UHGV virus genome: UHGV-0138423
Source of the DNA: a virus
Strand: one strand, 5' to 3'
DNA: 42,842 bases
Positions within the stretch are counted from its first letter, which is position 1, and every line of letters begins with the position of its first letter. Positions 9,135 through 19,512 of the stretch are shown piece by piece. The notes under the pieces were generated by a model. The model was given only the letters and a program-made list of their open reading frames with translations. It was not told the origin of the DNA and made no database searches. The translations under genes were made by a program, and so were the position numbers.

Positions 9135-9721
9135 TAGCCGCCCCCCAGTAATGACGCCACGTTACCCGTGATGCTTTTCAGCAGTGAAGTATCTGGAGGT
9201 TTTGTGGTTTTGTTGCCGCTGTTCTGTACCGCCGACGTGCTGGCCCCTTCCTTCATGTTGGTTTTATCCGCGACGGTAATCTGCTGTGTCCGGGAGATAA
9301 TGACCTCCCTCAGGGTGAGGACGGCGGACAGGACGTTTTCGGTTGTCTTGTCCGTCGTCACTTCCAGCGCCCGGATCAACATGTTGCTGTACAGCCGTTT
9401 ACCGGTTACCACATCGAAGGGGATACGGCTTTCCTGCAGATCCAGTAGCTCCTGATACGTCTGCTGAGGACTCAGGCCGAGCAGGCTGGTAGCCGTCAGG
9501 TTACTGGCAAAATCCAGCAATGCGCCGCCACCGGCGAAACCAACCTCCATCACCACTTCTGACGGTTTTTTATAGGCATGATCAGCGACAGCGGCCCCGA
9601 CCTCTACCGGATGCTCTGTTATTTCAAGCATATCTGTATGCTTCTCTGAAATAACAACACTGGGAACAATCATTCCTATTTTTCTGCTCTGCTGATGAAA
9701 AAGTGTAGAGAGAATATCCAC
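9134..9721 (-). CDS. Tail protein downstream of the tape measure gene
   Basis: 195 aa ORF abutting the tape measure stop; position equals PBSX XkdP / Mu gp43-type proteins. Confidence 0.4.
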   Translation of the reverse strand: MDILSTLFHQQSRKIGMIVPSVVISEKHTDMLEITEHPVEVGAAVADHAYKKPSEVVMEVGFAGGGALLDFASNLTATSLLGLSPQQTYQELLDLQESRIPFDVVTGKRLYSNMLIRALEVTTDKTTENVLSAVLTLREVIISRTQQITVADKTNMKEGASTSAVQNSGNKTTKPPDTSLLKSITGNVASLLGGG

Positions 9722-11706
9722 TAACCCACCCTCACCTGATTACTTCGCATGACCTGAGCATTTGCAGACTGTTGCCGACGTGCAACCTCATTACCGACAG
9801 CGTGCGGATCTCCGCCACCGTAAATATGGTAGGTATTTTGCTGGTTAACCTCTGTCACTTTGCCACTAATTCCCGCCACGGCAGCCTTATTAATCAGCTC
9901 TCGAGAATAGATATTTCTTCCATTCTCATGCTGGATAATGCTGCTCATCAATGCTGACATGGTTTGCGGATCGCTCATATTCAGGGCAGCCCGGGGATCC
10001 ACTCCCAGTCGTTGCGATACAGCCCTGATATACGCGGTTGTGTTGTTATTATCAGACGCAGGTGCCCAGGTAGAGATAATTTTCTCCACACTGTTTATTC
10101 CCCGTCCGGCGTACAGCATTAACTGACGAGCAAGAGCCCGTAATCCATCAAAAGCGGTTTCAAATCTGGCAAATCGCCCGCCCGGTCGTTCAAGAGAAGC
10201 CCCCGCCTGACCAGCAAAATTAAGGTTTCCCGGATTGTTATTCCGTTCTCCTCGCTTCGTAGCCTGTGCATGTTGTTCCGGCTCAGCACCTGGAATATCT
10301 GACTGAATATTTGCGCCTTTTACGGTATGAGGATTACGACCAAAATCGGTATCAATGCCAAGCCAGCGCAATGAATCTCCAATATTTTGTTTCGTGTAAT
10401 CCCAGGATGACTTCGCACTGGCACCAATATTTTCGCGATCGGAGTACAAATAAGCAGCATAAGCCATCCAGCCTTTTAACCATGGCGGTACCGGCAAACC
10501 AGATATTTTCCCGAAAGCCCCCAGAACCCTGGATACCCAGACACCCGCGATGAATGTACCGAGGATTTCCAGTGCATTTTGCCAGCCGCCAACACCATCT
10601 TTTAGTTCCAGAAGGTGATCACGAAGCCAGGTGATCGCATCCTTCGCTTTATCTATTGCCGGTTGCCATTTTTCCCAGTCGATAAGACTGTTACCGCCTT
10701 CTTTCCATGTTTTGTAGTCTTCCCACAAGAGACCGAGAGCCACGATCAGACCGGTAATCAGCCCTATAGGTGACATCCAGAAAGTAGAGTTAAGTATCCG
10801 CATGGCGACAACCAGACCGCCGATAACCTCTATCAGGGTTTTCGTTTCGGCATCCAGTTTCCCCCACCACTCGATGATATCTCCGACACCATCGACTATC
10901 CGAAATGCTACCCGCCCGACTATCTCACCCAGCCAGAGGATCCCCTTTATGACCTTTGTGATGGTGACTTCAATTTTGGGAAAATTTTCAATTATCTTTT
11001 TGCGCAGGTTATCAATCTGCCCCGCCAGTCCGTCCGCAAGATTCGATCCGATTTTGTCCCGCGCCATCCCGGCCATTTCACCGAGCGATTTCAGCGAGGT
11101 CATAAACCGGTTTGACGATAAGGCAGCCTGATCGGCATTAAATCCGATCGCTTTCACCATTTCTGAATACTGAGCGCTGAACTGCCCCACTCCGCGACGC
11201 ATAGCCATCAGGGTATTTTCGTCAATGCCCAGCATCTGCGCATACTGGTTAGCCCGGTAATACGGCATGCTGCTGAGTTTCTGCCCAACGCCCGTAAAGA
11301 TAGCAGCCATGTCACGCATGTTACCGCGGGCATCACGGGTCTGTACGCCCAGGCGATTCAGAAAGCCTTCTGCTCCGGGATTGTTACGAATAAACCGGGA
11401 GAGGCTTTCCAGAGAAGATCGCGCAGCGTCCACACTGCCGCCAACCTGCGAAACCGCATAGCCAATAGACTGAATTCCCTGGACCGTCGCGCCGGTGCGC
11501 TGTGACGCCCAGTAAAGATTATCCAGGCCGGAGGCGATCTTAGCCGTGAAGGCCACCACGGACAGCGCAGCTCCTTCAACAGCCAGCCCCATTTTGATGA
11601 CATTTGCAGTTGTACCGGCGAGGACAGAACCGAACTTTTTCGCTCCTGCATCATCCACACTGAAGCCAAGCGAGACGAGGAAATCTTTAATAGTTTCAGC
11701 GTTCAT
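9721..11706 (-). CDS. Tail tape measure protein with an extra C-terminal globular domain
   Basis: 661 aa from the ATG (MNAETIKDF...) preceded by GGAGAGAGG; Ala/Gly-rich helical N-terminal part and hydrophobic central segments typical of tape measure proteins; C-terminal region contains an NNNPGNL motif. Confidence 0.75.
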   Translation of the reverse strand: MNAETIKDFLVSLGFSVDDAGAKKFGSVLAGTTANVIKMGLAVEGAALSVVAFTAKIASGLDNLYWASQRTGATVQGIQSIGYAVSQVGGSVDAARSSLESLSRFIRNNPGAEGFLNRLGVQTRDARGNMRDMAAIFTGVGQKLSSMPYYRANQYAQMLGIDENTLMAMRRGVGQFSAQYSEMVKAIGFNADQAALSSNRFMTSLKSLGEMAGMARDKIGSNLADGLAGQIDNLRKKIIENFPKIEVTITKVIKGILWLGEIVGRVAFRIVDGVGDIIEWWGKLDAETKTLIEVIGGLVVAMRILNSTFWMSPIGLITGLIVALGLLWEDYKTWKEGGNSLIDWEKWQPAIDKAKDAITWLRDHLLELKDGVGGWQNALEILGTFIAGVWVSRVLGAFGKISGLPVPPWLKGWMAYAAYLYSDRENIGASAKSSWDYTKQNIGDSLRWLGIDTDFGRNPHTVKGANIQSDIPGAEPEQHAQATKRGERNNNPGNLNFAGQAGASLERPGGRFARFETAFDGLRALARQLMLYAGRGINSVEKIISTWAPASDNNNTTAYIRAVSQRLGVDPRAALNMSDPQTMSALMSSIIQHENGRNIYSRELINKAAVAGISGKVTEVNQQNTYHIYGGGDPHAVGNEVARRQQSANAQVMRSNQVRVG

Positions 11707-11883
11707 TATCCTCTCTCCATTTCTCAATGCGCCGCTGGTTATCCGCTTTTACCGCCAGATGGTCATTCAAGAGAGCAATGTCATACAAATCGACAGAGCC
11801 ATCTTTAAGTGCTGTATAGGGAATTAACCCGGCGTCAACCGGATTGAGAAGGTAGGACAGCCCGTCCGGCAGGCTGTTAAACG

Positions 11884-12336
11884 TCAGCCCTGTTGCAGGC
11901 TCTGTGTCGTGCTGGTAAGGGGTGTAGGCAAAAAATTTCCCAGCGAATCGGCGACCACCCGCGCCACCAGATGAAGCATGACCAGCAAGTCAATATCATC
12001 AAACATCAGTTCGCCCTGGGTAAATACCGGCACCCATCCATCCATATGACGCCGCGACACCACCGCAAGACAGGGATGAATAATCGCATCGGTGTCATCT
12101 TCGGTCAGGGAAGACAGTTCCTCAGCGATACGCGGGAGCATGGTTTCAAACACCGGTTTTAACTGCTCGAATTTCACGGTGTCGATTTTGCCGTCAGCAG
12201 GCAAACGGGAGCGAATGCTCCCGAAATCTGACATCATTCCCGCCAGTACCGGCAGAAGTTTGCGGGTCACTTTCAGCTGGTCAAAAACGCTGAGTTTTGC
12301 CACGCGATATTTCACGCCTTTAATTTCGAATTCCAT
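11884..12336 (-). CDS. Tail assembly chaperone (G-like), with probable -1 frameshift extension
   Basis: 150 aa ORF between tube and tape measure genes; in-frame slippery heptamer T_TTT_TTG near its 3' end; the -1 frame stays open ~71 codons to a TGA overlapping the tape measure start. Confidence 0.55.
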   Translation of the reverse strand: MEFEIKGVKYRVAKLSVFDQLKVTRKLLPVLAGMMSDFGSIRSRLPADGKIDTVKFEQLKPVFETMLPRIAEELSSLTEDDTDAIIHPCLAVVSRRHMDGWVPVFTQGELMFDDIDLLVMLHLVARVVADSLGNFLPTPLTSTTQSLQQG

Positions 12337-12339
12337 GCA

Positions 12340-12780
12340 TTAAAACTCCCCGAGAACCTGGTCAATCTTGCCGCAGTCAAACACCCACGGCATCGTATTA
12401 CCGGTTTTAGCGTTGGCGTTATCCGGTTGTTTCTGGAACGCAACACTGCGTGCCGTGATGATGTCGCCGCTGACCTTGTTGCGGATCACGATAACGTTAT
12501 TCCCCCATGTGGCAGAAGACTGGCTCTGTGCGTTATACGCCAGCGACAATTTTTTATTTGTCGGTGATGTCTTCAGAAGGTTAACGGTAATCGTCCCGCT
12601 TTTATCTGCATGGAGGCTGTGCATCACTTCACCATCAGCACCGATGGTCATGGTGTTTTTAGGACCGCCCATCGCAACCACAATCCCCTCTTCAGAACTT
12701 GCAGAACCGTACCCGAGGTCAATCGAACCGGTCGGGCCGGTCAGCGTCGCAGTGACATCCATAAAAGAATAGGTAGACAT
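12340..12780 (-). CDS. Tail tube protein
   Basis: 146 aa ORF immediately downstream of the sheath gene; size and position typical of a myovirus tube protein. Confidence 0.55.
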   Translation of the reverse strand: MSTYSFMDVTATLTGPTGSIDLGYGSASSEEGIVVAMGGPKNTMTIGADGEVMHSLHADKSGTITVNLLKTSPTNKKLSLAYNAQSQSSATWGNNVIVIRNKVSGDIITARSVAFQKQPDNANAKTGNTMPWVFDCGKIDQVLGEF

Positions 12781-12790
12781 TCACTTCCCC

Positions 12791-13936
12791 TTAGCGAACA
12801 ACGTTAATCTGTACGTCAGCGTAATGAACCGCGCCTGCAAGTTTTATTGCAGCCTGAATCACCGGAGCCTTACGGGCTTCACGTTCTGATTGTGCCTGTT
12901 CATCCAGCGGCTGGGCGTATACGTAATAACCTTTGGGCAGTGTGTCACCTGATGACAACTGACCAAGGTCGCCCCCGTTCCATACGCCCGGAGCAATCAG
13001 TCCATTCTGAACGGCCTGATCCAGTGATTTTTCAACATTTGATAACAGTCGGGTAATACCGGCTTCAGTCTGGGGAACTTTCGTGGTGCTGGTATAAAGC
13101 AGGTTATAGAGGTTGGTCTGCACATAATTCTGTAACCAGTCCAGGCCGTGGCGTTCATCAAAGAAATCGCCGTTAGCCATCACTCCCTGCTGGAGGATAG
13201 CTGTATCATTCTGGTAGTACACGAACACATTGCAGTTTTTTGCATCAAGTGCCGATGCCTGGCTGACTGTCAGTGTTTCATACCCGACACCCGGCTCCTG
13301 CTTAAACTTGAGCGTAATCGCGGTATTACTGCCATTGAAATTAACCGTGAATGCCCGGCCAAATGCAGATAACGCAGCGTATTTATTACCCGATGAATAC
13401 TGAATAAAACTGCGTGAATATCCGGCGGTTTTCAGTTTTGATGCCAAATCATCGCTGGATGCAGTCTGCAGGCATTTCTCATCGCTTGTCGTAATCGCCA
13501 GAATACGGCTTACAGAAGAGGATTCGATCGCCGCAGCCACTTTCAGCCAGTCTGCATCCGGAATATCTTCATCGCCTGCAATCCCCAGCCCATACCATGA
13601 AGTATAATCGAGCATGGCATTCACAGCCTGCTCCAGCGTCTCAGGCGTGGCCTGTTCGCTGTCTCCCTTCGTTTTCACCCAACGACCAACAAAAACCTCC
13701 TGAGGTTTCGGTGATTGTGAGAAAAACACCTGCGCAGCCTTATATTCTGGTGATTCCACGCCAAAATCTTTTCCAATATCTTCCGCGGCAGAATAACGAC
13801 GAATGCGCTCACTTACCGGAATGATTGTGGACGGGCCGAGAATGAGTAATGCACCAAAATTTCGCCCTGATGCTGCACGCGGCGACATGATCACATCAAC
13901 ATTAACAACGTTTGATACAGGCAAACCCTGTGCCAT
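12791..13936 (-). CDS. Tail sheath protein
   Basis: 381 aa; C-terminal segment (..[30 protein letters not shown]) resembles conserved sheath C-termini; followed by tube, chaperone, tape measure. Confidence 0.6.
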   Translation of the reverse strand: MAQGLPVSNVVNVDVIMSPRAASGRNFGALLILGPSTIIPVSERIRRYSAAEDIGKDFGVESPEYKAAQVFFSQSPKPQEVFVGRWVKTKGDSEQATPETLEQAVNAMLDYTSWYGLGIAGDEDIPDADWLKVAAAIESSSVSRILAITTSDEKCLQTASSDDLASKLKTAGYSRSFIQYSSGNKYAALSAFGRAFTVNFNGSNTAITLKFKQEPGVGYETLTVSQASALDAKNCNVFVYYQNDTAILQQGVMANGDFFDERHGLDWLQNYVQTNLYNLLYTSTTKVPQTEAGITRLLSNVEKSLDQAVQNGLIAPGVWNGGDLGQLSSGDTLPKGYYVYAQPLDEQAQSEREARKAPVIQAAIKLAGAVHYADVQINVVR

Positions 13937-13939
13937 AGC

Positions 13940-14506
13940 TTAATCTCCGAAAAAGATGACTGGTGCTTCCACCAGCGATTTAATACCGTACTCGCGCACA
14001 ACCTTCCGGCGCAGGCGCACCGTCATATCGTAGCGGCGGACCCATTGCTGATTAATAAGTTCAGGGAAGGGAGTCAGACCTGTGTAATCGCCAAGAGACA
14101 GCCCCAGCGCATTCAGTGCTGCATTGTTCTGCGGCACAGATATACCGTCACGAAACCGGGACGCATACACCATCCCCGCCGGTCCATAAAACGAAGCCAT
14201 ACACTCAATCGTTTCATGCCGCCAGAGCTGAGAGCCATCATCGGTCTGTCTGGTGAATGCCGGACTGTCATCACCTGACCATCCGATAACCCCAAACGCA
14301 CACCAGTTCGTTTCAGCCGGTAGCAGTGGCGGCTGCTCTTTCTGCCAGCGCGGGCGAACCATCCCGGCAGACAGGCCGGAAACGTTACGCATCCACTGGC
14401 TTAACAGCCTGTCGAGCGCTTCGTCATAATCCGGATCGCCACTGGTTGGTATTAACCATCCGCGCTCTGTACTGGTGTTATTGCTCAACCGGAGTTCCCC
14501 CATCAA
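13940..14506 (-). CDS. Tail completion / head-tail joining protein
   Basis: 188 aa ORF between neck genes and sheath; assignment by position only. Confidence 0.4.
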   Translation of the reverse strand: MMGELRLSNNTSTERGWLIPTSGDPDYDEALDRLLSQWMRNVSGLSAGMVRPRWQKEQPPLLPAETNWCAFGVIGWSGDDSPAFTRQTDDGSQLWRHETIECMASFYGPAGMVYASRFRDGISVPQNNAALNALGLSLGDYTGLTPFPELINQQWVRRYDMTVRLRRKVVREYGIKSLVEAPVIFFGD

Positions 14507-14867
14507 ACGGCATCAACTCACAATGCGCCTGAACGAATCCGGCCCCATAAGCTGTATACGGGTCGACGAAGGTCACACGATAATCACGGCCCTGATACGT
14601 CACGATATCGGCATCACGGCCAGTCTGTCCCTGCGTCAGTCGCTCAGTCGTCACAATCAGAATTGCACCACTGATTACCTGCCCGGCCTGCATACGACGG
14701 TTTTCCAGAGAGCGATCAACAGTAACGACTCCGGCAAACTGCTTTTTAACTTCGCTGTCGCTGCCGATCCCGTCCTCATCCACCGTTTGTACACGGCGTG
14801 TTACCCACAAATTGAAGTCGCAAAAATCGGGGTCAAAAAGCACATCTGTTACATCAAGAGTCGGCAT
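14478..14867 (-). CDS. Head-tail connector (neck) protein
   Basis: 129 aa ORF in the head-tail joining block; no specific motif recognised. Confidence 0.4.
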   Translation of the reverse strand: MPTLDVTDVLFDPDFCDFNLWVTRRVQTVDEDGIGSDSEVKKQFAGVVTVDRSLENRRMQAGQVISGAILIVTTERLTQGQTGRDADIVTYQGRDYRVTFVDPYTAYGAGFVQAHCELMPFDGGTPVEQ

Positions 14868-15408
14868 CTTTATCCCTCACAACATGGGTAATAGCTCTGC
14901 GATATTGCCCGGTGTCAATTAATGGTTTCGCCAGATCGGTTCCGGGAGATTCGCCAGCAGCGCGCCGGGCAAGTTCCAGTGTTGCCCCCTTGCGCCCCCG
15001 ACGAGCCCGGGCTTCAACAGTGCTGTCAGCAAGCGGCGTAAAGCCGGTAATGGTCATGTAACGCCTGACGCCATTAGCGGCCAGCGTTCCGGCACGGTTG
15101 AGTGCGCGTTCTGCTCCCGCAGCATTACCATCAAGTGCAGCCTGCGCCGCGGCTTTGAGCTGCGGCACCGTCTGCTCTTCTGCCGATTTAACGCCGGGGA
15201 CCAGGTGAGGTCGTGGCGGGATGTTCTGCTCTGGTGAGCCGTATTCGTTGAGGTAACCGATGCCCGCATTACCAAACGGAACATCATCACGCCCGCTGTC
15301 TTCCGAAGGGATGCCGACCAGCACATCTTTTTTGGTTAACGACCTGAGCGCATCCAGAATGGCCTTAGCGTTATCCACCCTCGTTGTTACACCGCTTTTG
15401 AAACTCAT
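14854..15408 (-). CDS. Virion morphogenesis / head-tail joining protein
   Basis: 184 aa ORF overlapping its neighbours by a few codons; position between capsid and tail genes. Confidence 0.4.
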   Translation of the reverse strand: MSFKSGVTTRVDNAKAILDALRSLTKKDVLVGIPSEDSGRDDVPFGNAGIGYLNEYGSPEQNIPPRPHLVPGVKSAEEQTVPQLKAAAQAALDGNAAGAERALNRAGTLAANGVRRYMTITGFTPLADSTVEARARRGRKGATLELARRAAGESPGTDLAKPLIDTGQYRRAITHVVRDKDADS

Positions 15409-15812
15409 AGCTGGCGACCGCCTGCACCGAACATCGTGATCAACTGATAAAATTCAGCGCCATATCGGGTGTTATTCCAGAAGCCTGCATCAGGATTCAG
15501 CGTCGTGCTGATGTCATAACTGACACTTACCTTGTCAACGGACTTTGAGGACTGAACACCATTGGTTGAGCCGCCAGGGCCACCAGCCAGCATCGCCCTG
15601 CTGTCAGCCGCCCAGAGCGTCATGTAGTGCGCAACGAACAATCCGGCAAAGTACGGAAACAACTTTTTGCCGGTGACGTTTTCGCTCAGCAGTTCATCTG
15701 CCAGATTCAGACGAAACTGGATTTGCGCTTCGGGATATTTGGCAGGGTCAGCAAACTGCGGGAAGTCGCGGCGAAAATCACTTACCGCTGGCAGACTTTG
15801 ATTCTTTGGCAT
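15405..15812 (-). CDS. Head completion protein
   Basis: 135 aa ORF downstream of the capsid gene. Confidence 0.4.
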   Translation of the reverse strand: MPKNQSLPAVSDFRRDFPQFADPAKYPEAQIQFRLNLADELLSENVTGKKLFPYFAGLFVAHYMTLWAADSRAMLAGGPGGSTNGVQSSKSVDKVSVSYDISTTLNPDAGFWNNTRYGAEFYQLITMFGAGGRQL

Positions 15813-15999
15813 TTTTTACCTCGTTACGCGCGTCTGTGGCTTTGCCAACGGATACTTCCGCGTGCGCACGAGTGAACCAGTGCGTGGCAACGTCTTCCTC
15901 CACAGCATGACGGCCTTTAACAAACTCGCGCCGTGAACCGTCGGGAAGCGTGAGCACAAACGGGGTATGTACGTGTATTACTGCATTATTTTTTGCCAT
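15778..15999 (-). CDS. Small structural-module protein
   Basis: 73 aa ORF directly after the major capsid gene; overlaps the next gene by 35 nt. Confidence 0.3.
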   Translation of the reverse strand: MAKNNAVIHVHTPFVLTLPDGSRREFVKGRHAVEEDVATHWFTRAHAEVSVGKATDARNEVKNAKESKSASGK

Positions 16000-16040
16000 C
16001 GGGTCATCCTTAATGGCCCCGCCAGGGGGCCATATGGCTG

Positions 16041-16982
16041 TTAAATGCCATCAACGTACGAAATGGTTTCTTTGTACACTGGCTCGACTGCACCCAGCTT
16101 GCCGTAGTAAGTGACGATCTGATACAGACCGCGATACTGCACCGGCACGCTCTGAAGCGGAACCAGCGGGTAGCGGACGTATTTTTTATCGTTGGTGTAC
16201 GCAACCATGCGATCCTTATTCCCCACACCACGGCCTTTCAGCCATTTAACCGCGCGGATATTCAGCGGAACACCGTTCTGGTGATAGCTGATGGTGTTGG
16301 TCTGAAGGTACGTCAACAGGGACTGGTTACCCGCAGATGAAACGATGATGCTGGACAACAGAGCAAACTGCTCAGGCGGGATCAGCAAATCACGCGGAAC
16401 CACAGAGTAACCGGAAGCGGCCCACGCATCAGACAGCACCTGGTTAATGCTTGCGCGGATTTCGTCCGGTGTTGAGGTTGCCCACGTTTTGGCAGCGTTG
16501 TTGACAGGCACACCGTCCAGGGTAACAAGACCTTTCAGGTTTAATGCGGAATCGCCAACATACACCTGTTCATCGTTATCCATCTGCCATTTCAGTTGCA
16601 TCCCGTCATACTTCTGCGTATCGATCGGGCGTCCGACCTGCTGAGCAGCCTGCAATTCTATGACCGTCCAGCCAAGTTCCATCCCCCACAGGTTCAGCGG
16701 GTTACCGGATTTGCCGATATCCACGTTCACGCCAGCAATAGCGGTTGAGTCTTTGCCTACCCAGTTTTTGCCATTCGGATTTGCACCAGTACCCGCAGCG
16801 GCGAAGCTGGTATTCGTCCAGCTGGAAATGTCATCTGCGATAGAGACATCTTCACGCAACTGAATATCGCGGGTCCAGGTGTACCCCACCAGTGGCAGGT
16901 TCAGCGTCTGGTCGAGTCGCTCCAGCTCCCCGATGAGAAAGGCACCAGAGCTGTCAACGGTTGCCTGATCAAAAGTAATCAT
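16041..16982 (-). CDS. Major capsid protein
   Basis: 313 aa ORF following scaffold/protease and a 168 aa protein, in the position of the major head subunit (Mu gpT-like arrangement). Confidence 0.65.
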   Translation of the reverse strand: MITFDQATVDSSGAFLIGELERLDQTLNLPLVGYTWTRDIQLREDVSIADDISSWTNTSFAAAGTGANPNGKNWVGKDSTAIAGVNVDIGKSGNPLNLWGMELGWTVIELQAAQQVGRPIDTQKYDGMQLKWQMDNDEQVYVGDSALNLKGLVTLDGVPVNNAAKTWATSTPDEIRASINQVLSDAWAASGYSVVPRDLLIPPEQFALLSSIIVSSAGNQSLLTYLQTNTISYHQNGVPLNIRAVKWLKGRGVGNKDRMVAYTNDKKYVRYPLVPLQSVPVQYRGLYQIVTYYGKLGAVEPVYKETISYVDGI

Positions 16983-16993
16983 TCGTCTGTTCC

Positions 16994-17500
16994 TTAAATC
17001 TTCCAGGAAATTTCTGCATTGCCGTCAGTATCACCGGCACCTGTGAATTCAGCGTTGGTCAGCACCACATTTTTGCCACTGACTGACGTGGACATGAATC
17101 CACCCAGCGGCACTTTGATGGATTCATCAGTGGAGACGACAACGTATACCGGGTCGCCTTTTTTGATGGTGCTGGCATCAAAATCAGAACCGAGATTAAC
17201 AGTCACGTAGCCACGCTTCATGGCGTCGCCCGGGAAGTTCTTGCCTGTTCCCACCTGGCGAACCATGTCCGGCTGCGACGTGGTCGGATAAGGACGCACG
17301 TAGATCCCCTTCACCTTGTCTGCGGTATCACCATCTGCCAGCGGCACGAAAAAACCGTCATCATCGTATTTACCAGCCAGGCCATAGGCAGCGAAGGCGT
17401 TATCGGATTTAAGGACCACCGGTTCGACGGTTAAGTCCTGCGGGCGAGAGATAGCCCCGGCAATGCCAACAGGCATCCGGTACAGAAATACATTATTCAT
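16994..17500 (-). CDS. Head structural / decoration protein
   Basis: 168 aa ORF between the scaffold-like gene and the major capsid gene. Confidence 0.4.
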   Translation of the reverse strand: MNNVFLYRMPVGIAGAISRPQDLTVEPVVLKSDNAFAAYGLAGKYDDDGFFVPLADGDTADKVKGIYVRPYPTTSQPDMVRQVGTGKNFPGDAMKRGYVTVNLGSDFDASTIKKGDPVYVVVSTDESIKVPLGGFMSTSVSGKNVVLTNAEFTGAGDTDGNAEISWKI

Positions 17501-17503
17501 TTT

Positions 17504-18724
17504 TTACCCTTTACGGTTTGCCCAGAATTCAGCGTTTTGTTTGTTCAGGGAAGCGATACTGGTCATGCCCATGTTTAGGCGCTGTGCATCGCCGGTGGTG
17601 GCGCGGGTGTTTCGCCCTTTGGCAATCTCAGACACGGCATTAAACGCCATGTCGACCGATTGTTTCGGCAATTTGCGGATATCCGCATCACCGACTATCT
17701 GGCGAACCAGCGTTTTGTCAGCAGAAGCCAGAACCTCACGTTTGAACGCGGTCGGTTTCATCTTACGGCTCAGATCAATACCCGGAACGATAACTTCGGC
17801 ACGCCAGGCTGAGTCACCAGTAATCGTGGTTTCCTCTTCATCGTCCTCGCCGTCACCGGTCGGATTATCGTCAGGCTTATTGTCGTTATCGCCCGTCGCA
17901 TTTCCTTCCAGCTTAGCCAGCAGGGCTTTCAGTAATGTTTTGAGGTCATCATCACTGTCGCCCGTTGGACCTCCGCCCATCTCTGGTGCTTTGTCCGGTA
18001 GCGGTTGCTGCGGGGACAGGTTGATGTTGAGATTAACGCCCTGCGGCAAATCCCCCTCATCTCCTGTAACCGATGCGGGAGCCGACTCCACCAGTTCGTT
18101 CATGGTGTCAGCGTCACCCGTTTTGATGGCCGTGCGCATGCGGGTCCACCAGCTTTTCTTTTGATTTGCCATTGTGTCTCTGTCTCCAATTGCACAACGA
18201 TTTCCGGCTCTGCCTTTAGGGACAAGAGCCACATGGTTTCCGGTAATATCAACCTGCTCAGCCTTACCCGGCTCAGTCTGCTTATATTCCGCGTCATAGC
18301 CACACGACACTTCGCGCAGGCCATCTTCGATCAGCTGAATGGCGTTTTCGTCTTTGACGATAAGGTCAGCCAGCATCAAATCAGACTGCATACCCGTCCC
18401 GCGCCGGACATTCTGAAGATGCCCGACCGCGAGCTCTTTCCAGTTCTCTGGATTCACCAGCCGCACATCCCCGTTTTCATCCTCGGGATGCAACACCGTG
18501 ATACTCATTCCTTCGAATGAGGCAAGCGTGGCGGGATGGAATACCTGCTCAGGAGAACGCGTGACGACTATTTCACCGAACTTATCGGGTTTCAGTTTTG
18601 GCAGGTCATCAGCACCATAGAGCTGCTTACCTGTTCGTCCTATCGGCACGTCTTTGCACAGCAACGAGCCGTCAGCCAGCTGATAGCGGGTTTCCCCCAG
18701 CCGGGTATTGAAAAAATATTTCAT
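17504..18724 (-). CDS. Putative prohead scaffold/protease
   Basis: 406 aa with a long acidic low-complexity linker (..GDSDDDLKTLL..DNDNKPDDNPTGDGEDDEEE..) flanked by helical segments, typical of scaffolding proteins; located after portal and F-like genes. Confidence 0.5.
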   Translation of the reverse strand: MKYFFNTRLGETRYQLADGSLLCKDVPIGRTGKQLYGADDLPKLKPDKFGEIVVTRSPEQVFHPATLASFEGMSITVLHPEDENGDVRLVNPENWKELAVGHLQNVRRGTGMQSDLMLADLIVKDENAIQLIEDGLREVSCGYDAEYKQTEPGKAEQVDITGNHVALVPKGRAGNRCAIGDRDTMANQKKSWWTRMRTAIKTGDADTMNELVESAPASVTGDEGDLPQGVNLNINLSPQQPLPDKAPEMGGGPTGDSDDDLKTLLKALLAKLEGNATGDNDNKPDDNPTGDGEDDEEETTITGDSAWRAEVIVPGIDLSRKMKPTAFKREVLASADKTLVRQIVGDADIRKLPKQSVDMAFNAVSEIAKGRNTRATTGDAQRLNMGMTSIASLNKQNAEFWANRKG

Positions 18725-18738
18725 GTGTTACCTGCGAT

Positions 18739-19512
18739 TCAGGCGGGATAAGAATGGGAGGTGGGAAAAACGATTTCTTTATAACAGCGACAATTCGGGA
18801 GCTCGCCAGCGTGACCGGTCATGCCATCAAGCGTTGGAGGTTTGCCCCATTCGACAAATTTACCTTCCATTTCCTGATGAGAATGCCTGACGTCACCATC
18901 TTCGGCTGTACGCCAGATATAACCATTCGAACCAATTGACAGCGCACGCGCCTGATCCAGTGCGCCGGTTGCACGTCCAAGTTCAGTACGGGCAATCAGG
19001 TCAGCTCTGGACTTTGCTATATCACCCGATGCGGCTATTTCTTTAGCAAAATATTCTGCTCTCCCACCGGTCACAACAGCTTCTATCGCCCGATTCTGGA
19101 TGTCGTACACCCTGTCAGCCGCCTCGAGGGGGAGCGATTTGATGTACTTGACCTGTTCGGCGATGATGGATTGCATCACCTGGCCCACAGGAGCGCTTTC
19201 CACAAGATTGCGGAGCTCGCGACTGATGTTCTTGCTGTGTTGCCTCCAAACTTTCTCGTTCTGCCGGGTTAGGTCCGCAGTAAAGTTTTCCGCGACCTTT
19301 GTCGCCCAGGGGGTGATGATTTTACTGTAGCGTTCCAGCGCCTCAATAATTTCCGTGATACTGTCATTTGAACCATCGTAGCGACCATTTACGATGTCTC
19401 CGACCGCCCGCGCTATCCTGCGTAGGCTGGTTCGATAGCGGATTTCCGCCTGACGGCTCCTGCGGTTCGTCATCAGGTTCGCCGATGCCGGGCGGCGCTT
19501 CATCTTCGGCAT
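18739..19512 (-). CDS. Head morphogenesis protein (Mu F-like / SPP1 gp7 family)
   Basis: 257 aa; follows the portal gene as in Mu gp29-gp30; C-terminal region with conserved His/Cys (..HSHQEMEGKFVEWG...NCRCY..). ORF-track start overlaps the portal 3' end by 149 nt; true start uncertain. Confidence 0.6.
   Translation of the reverse strand: MPKMKRRPASANLMTNRRSRQAEIRYRTSLRRIARAVGDIVNGRYDGSNDSITEIIEALERYSKIITPWATKVAENFTADLTRQNEKVWRQHSKNISRELRNLVESAPVGQVMQSIIAEQVKYIKSLPLEAADRVYDIQNRAIEAVVTGGRAEYFAKEIAASGDIAKSRADLIARTELGRATGALDQARALSIGSNGYIWRTAEDGDVRHSHQEMEGKFVEWGKPPTLDGMTGHAGELPNCRCYKEIVFPTSHSYPA

Noticed and set aside
17463-18164. 233-codon plus-strand ORF
   Set aside because: Lies entirely antisense to the scaffold/protease gene; low-complexity Ser/Pro/Arg-rich translation typical of a shadow ORF.
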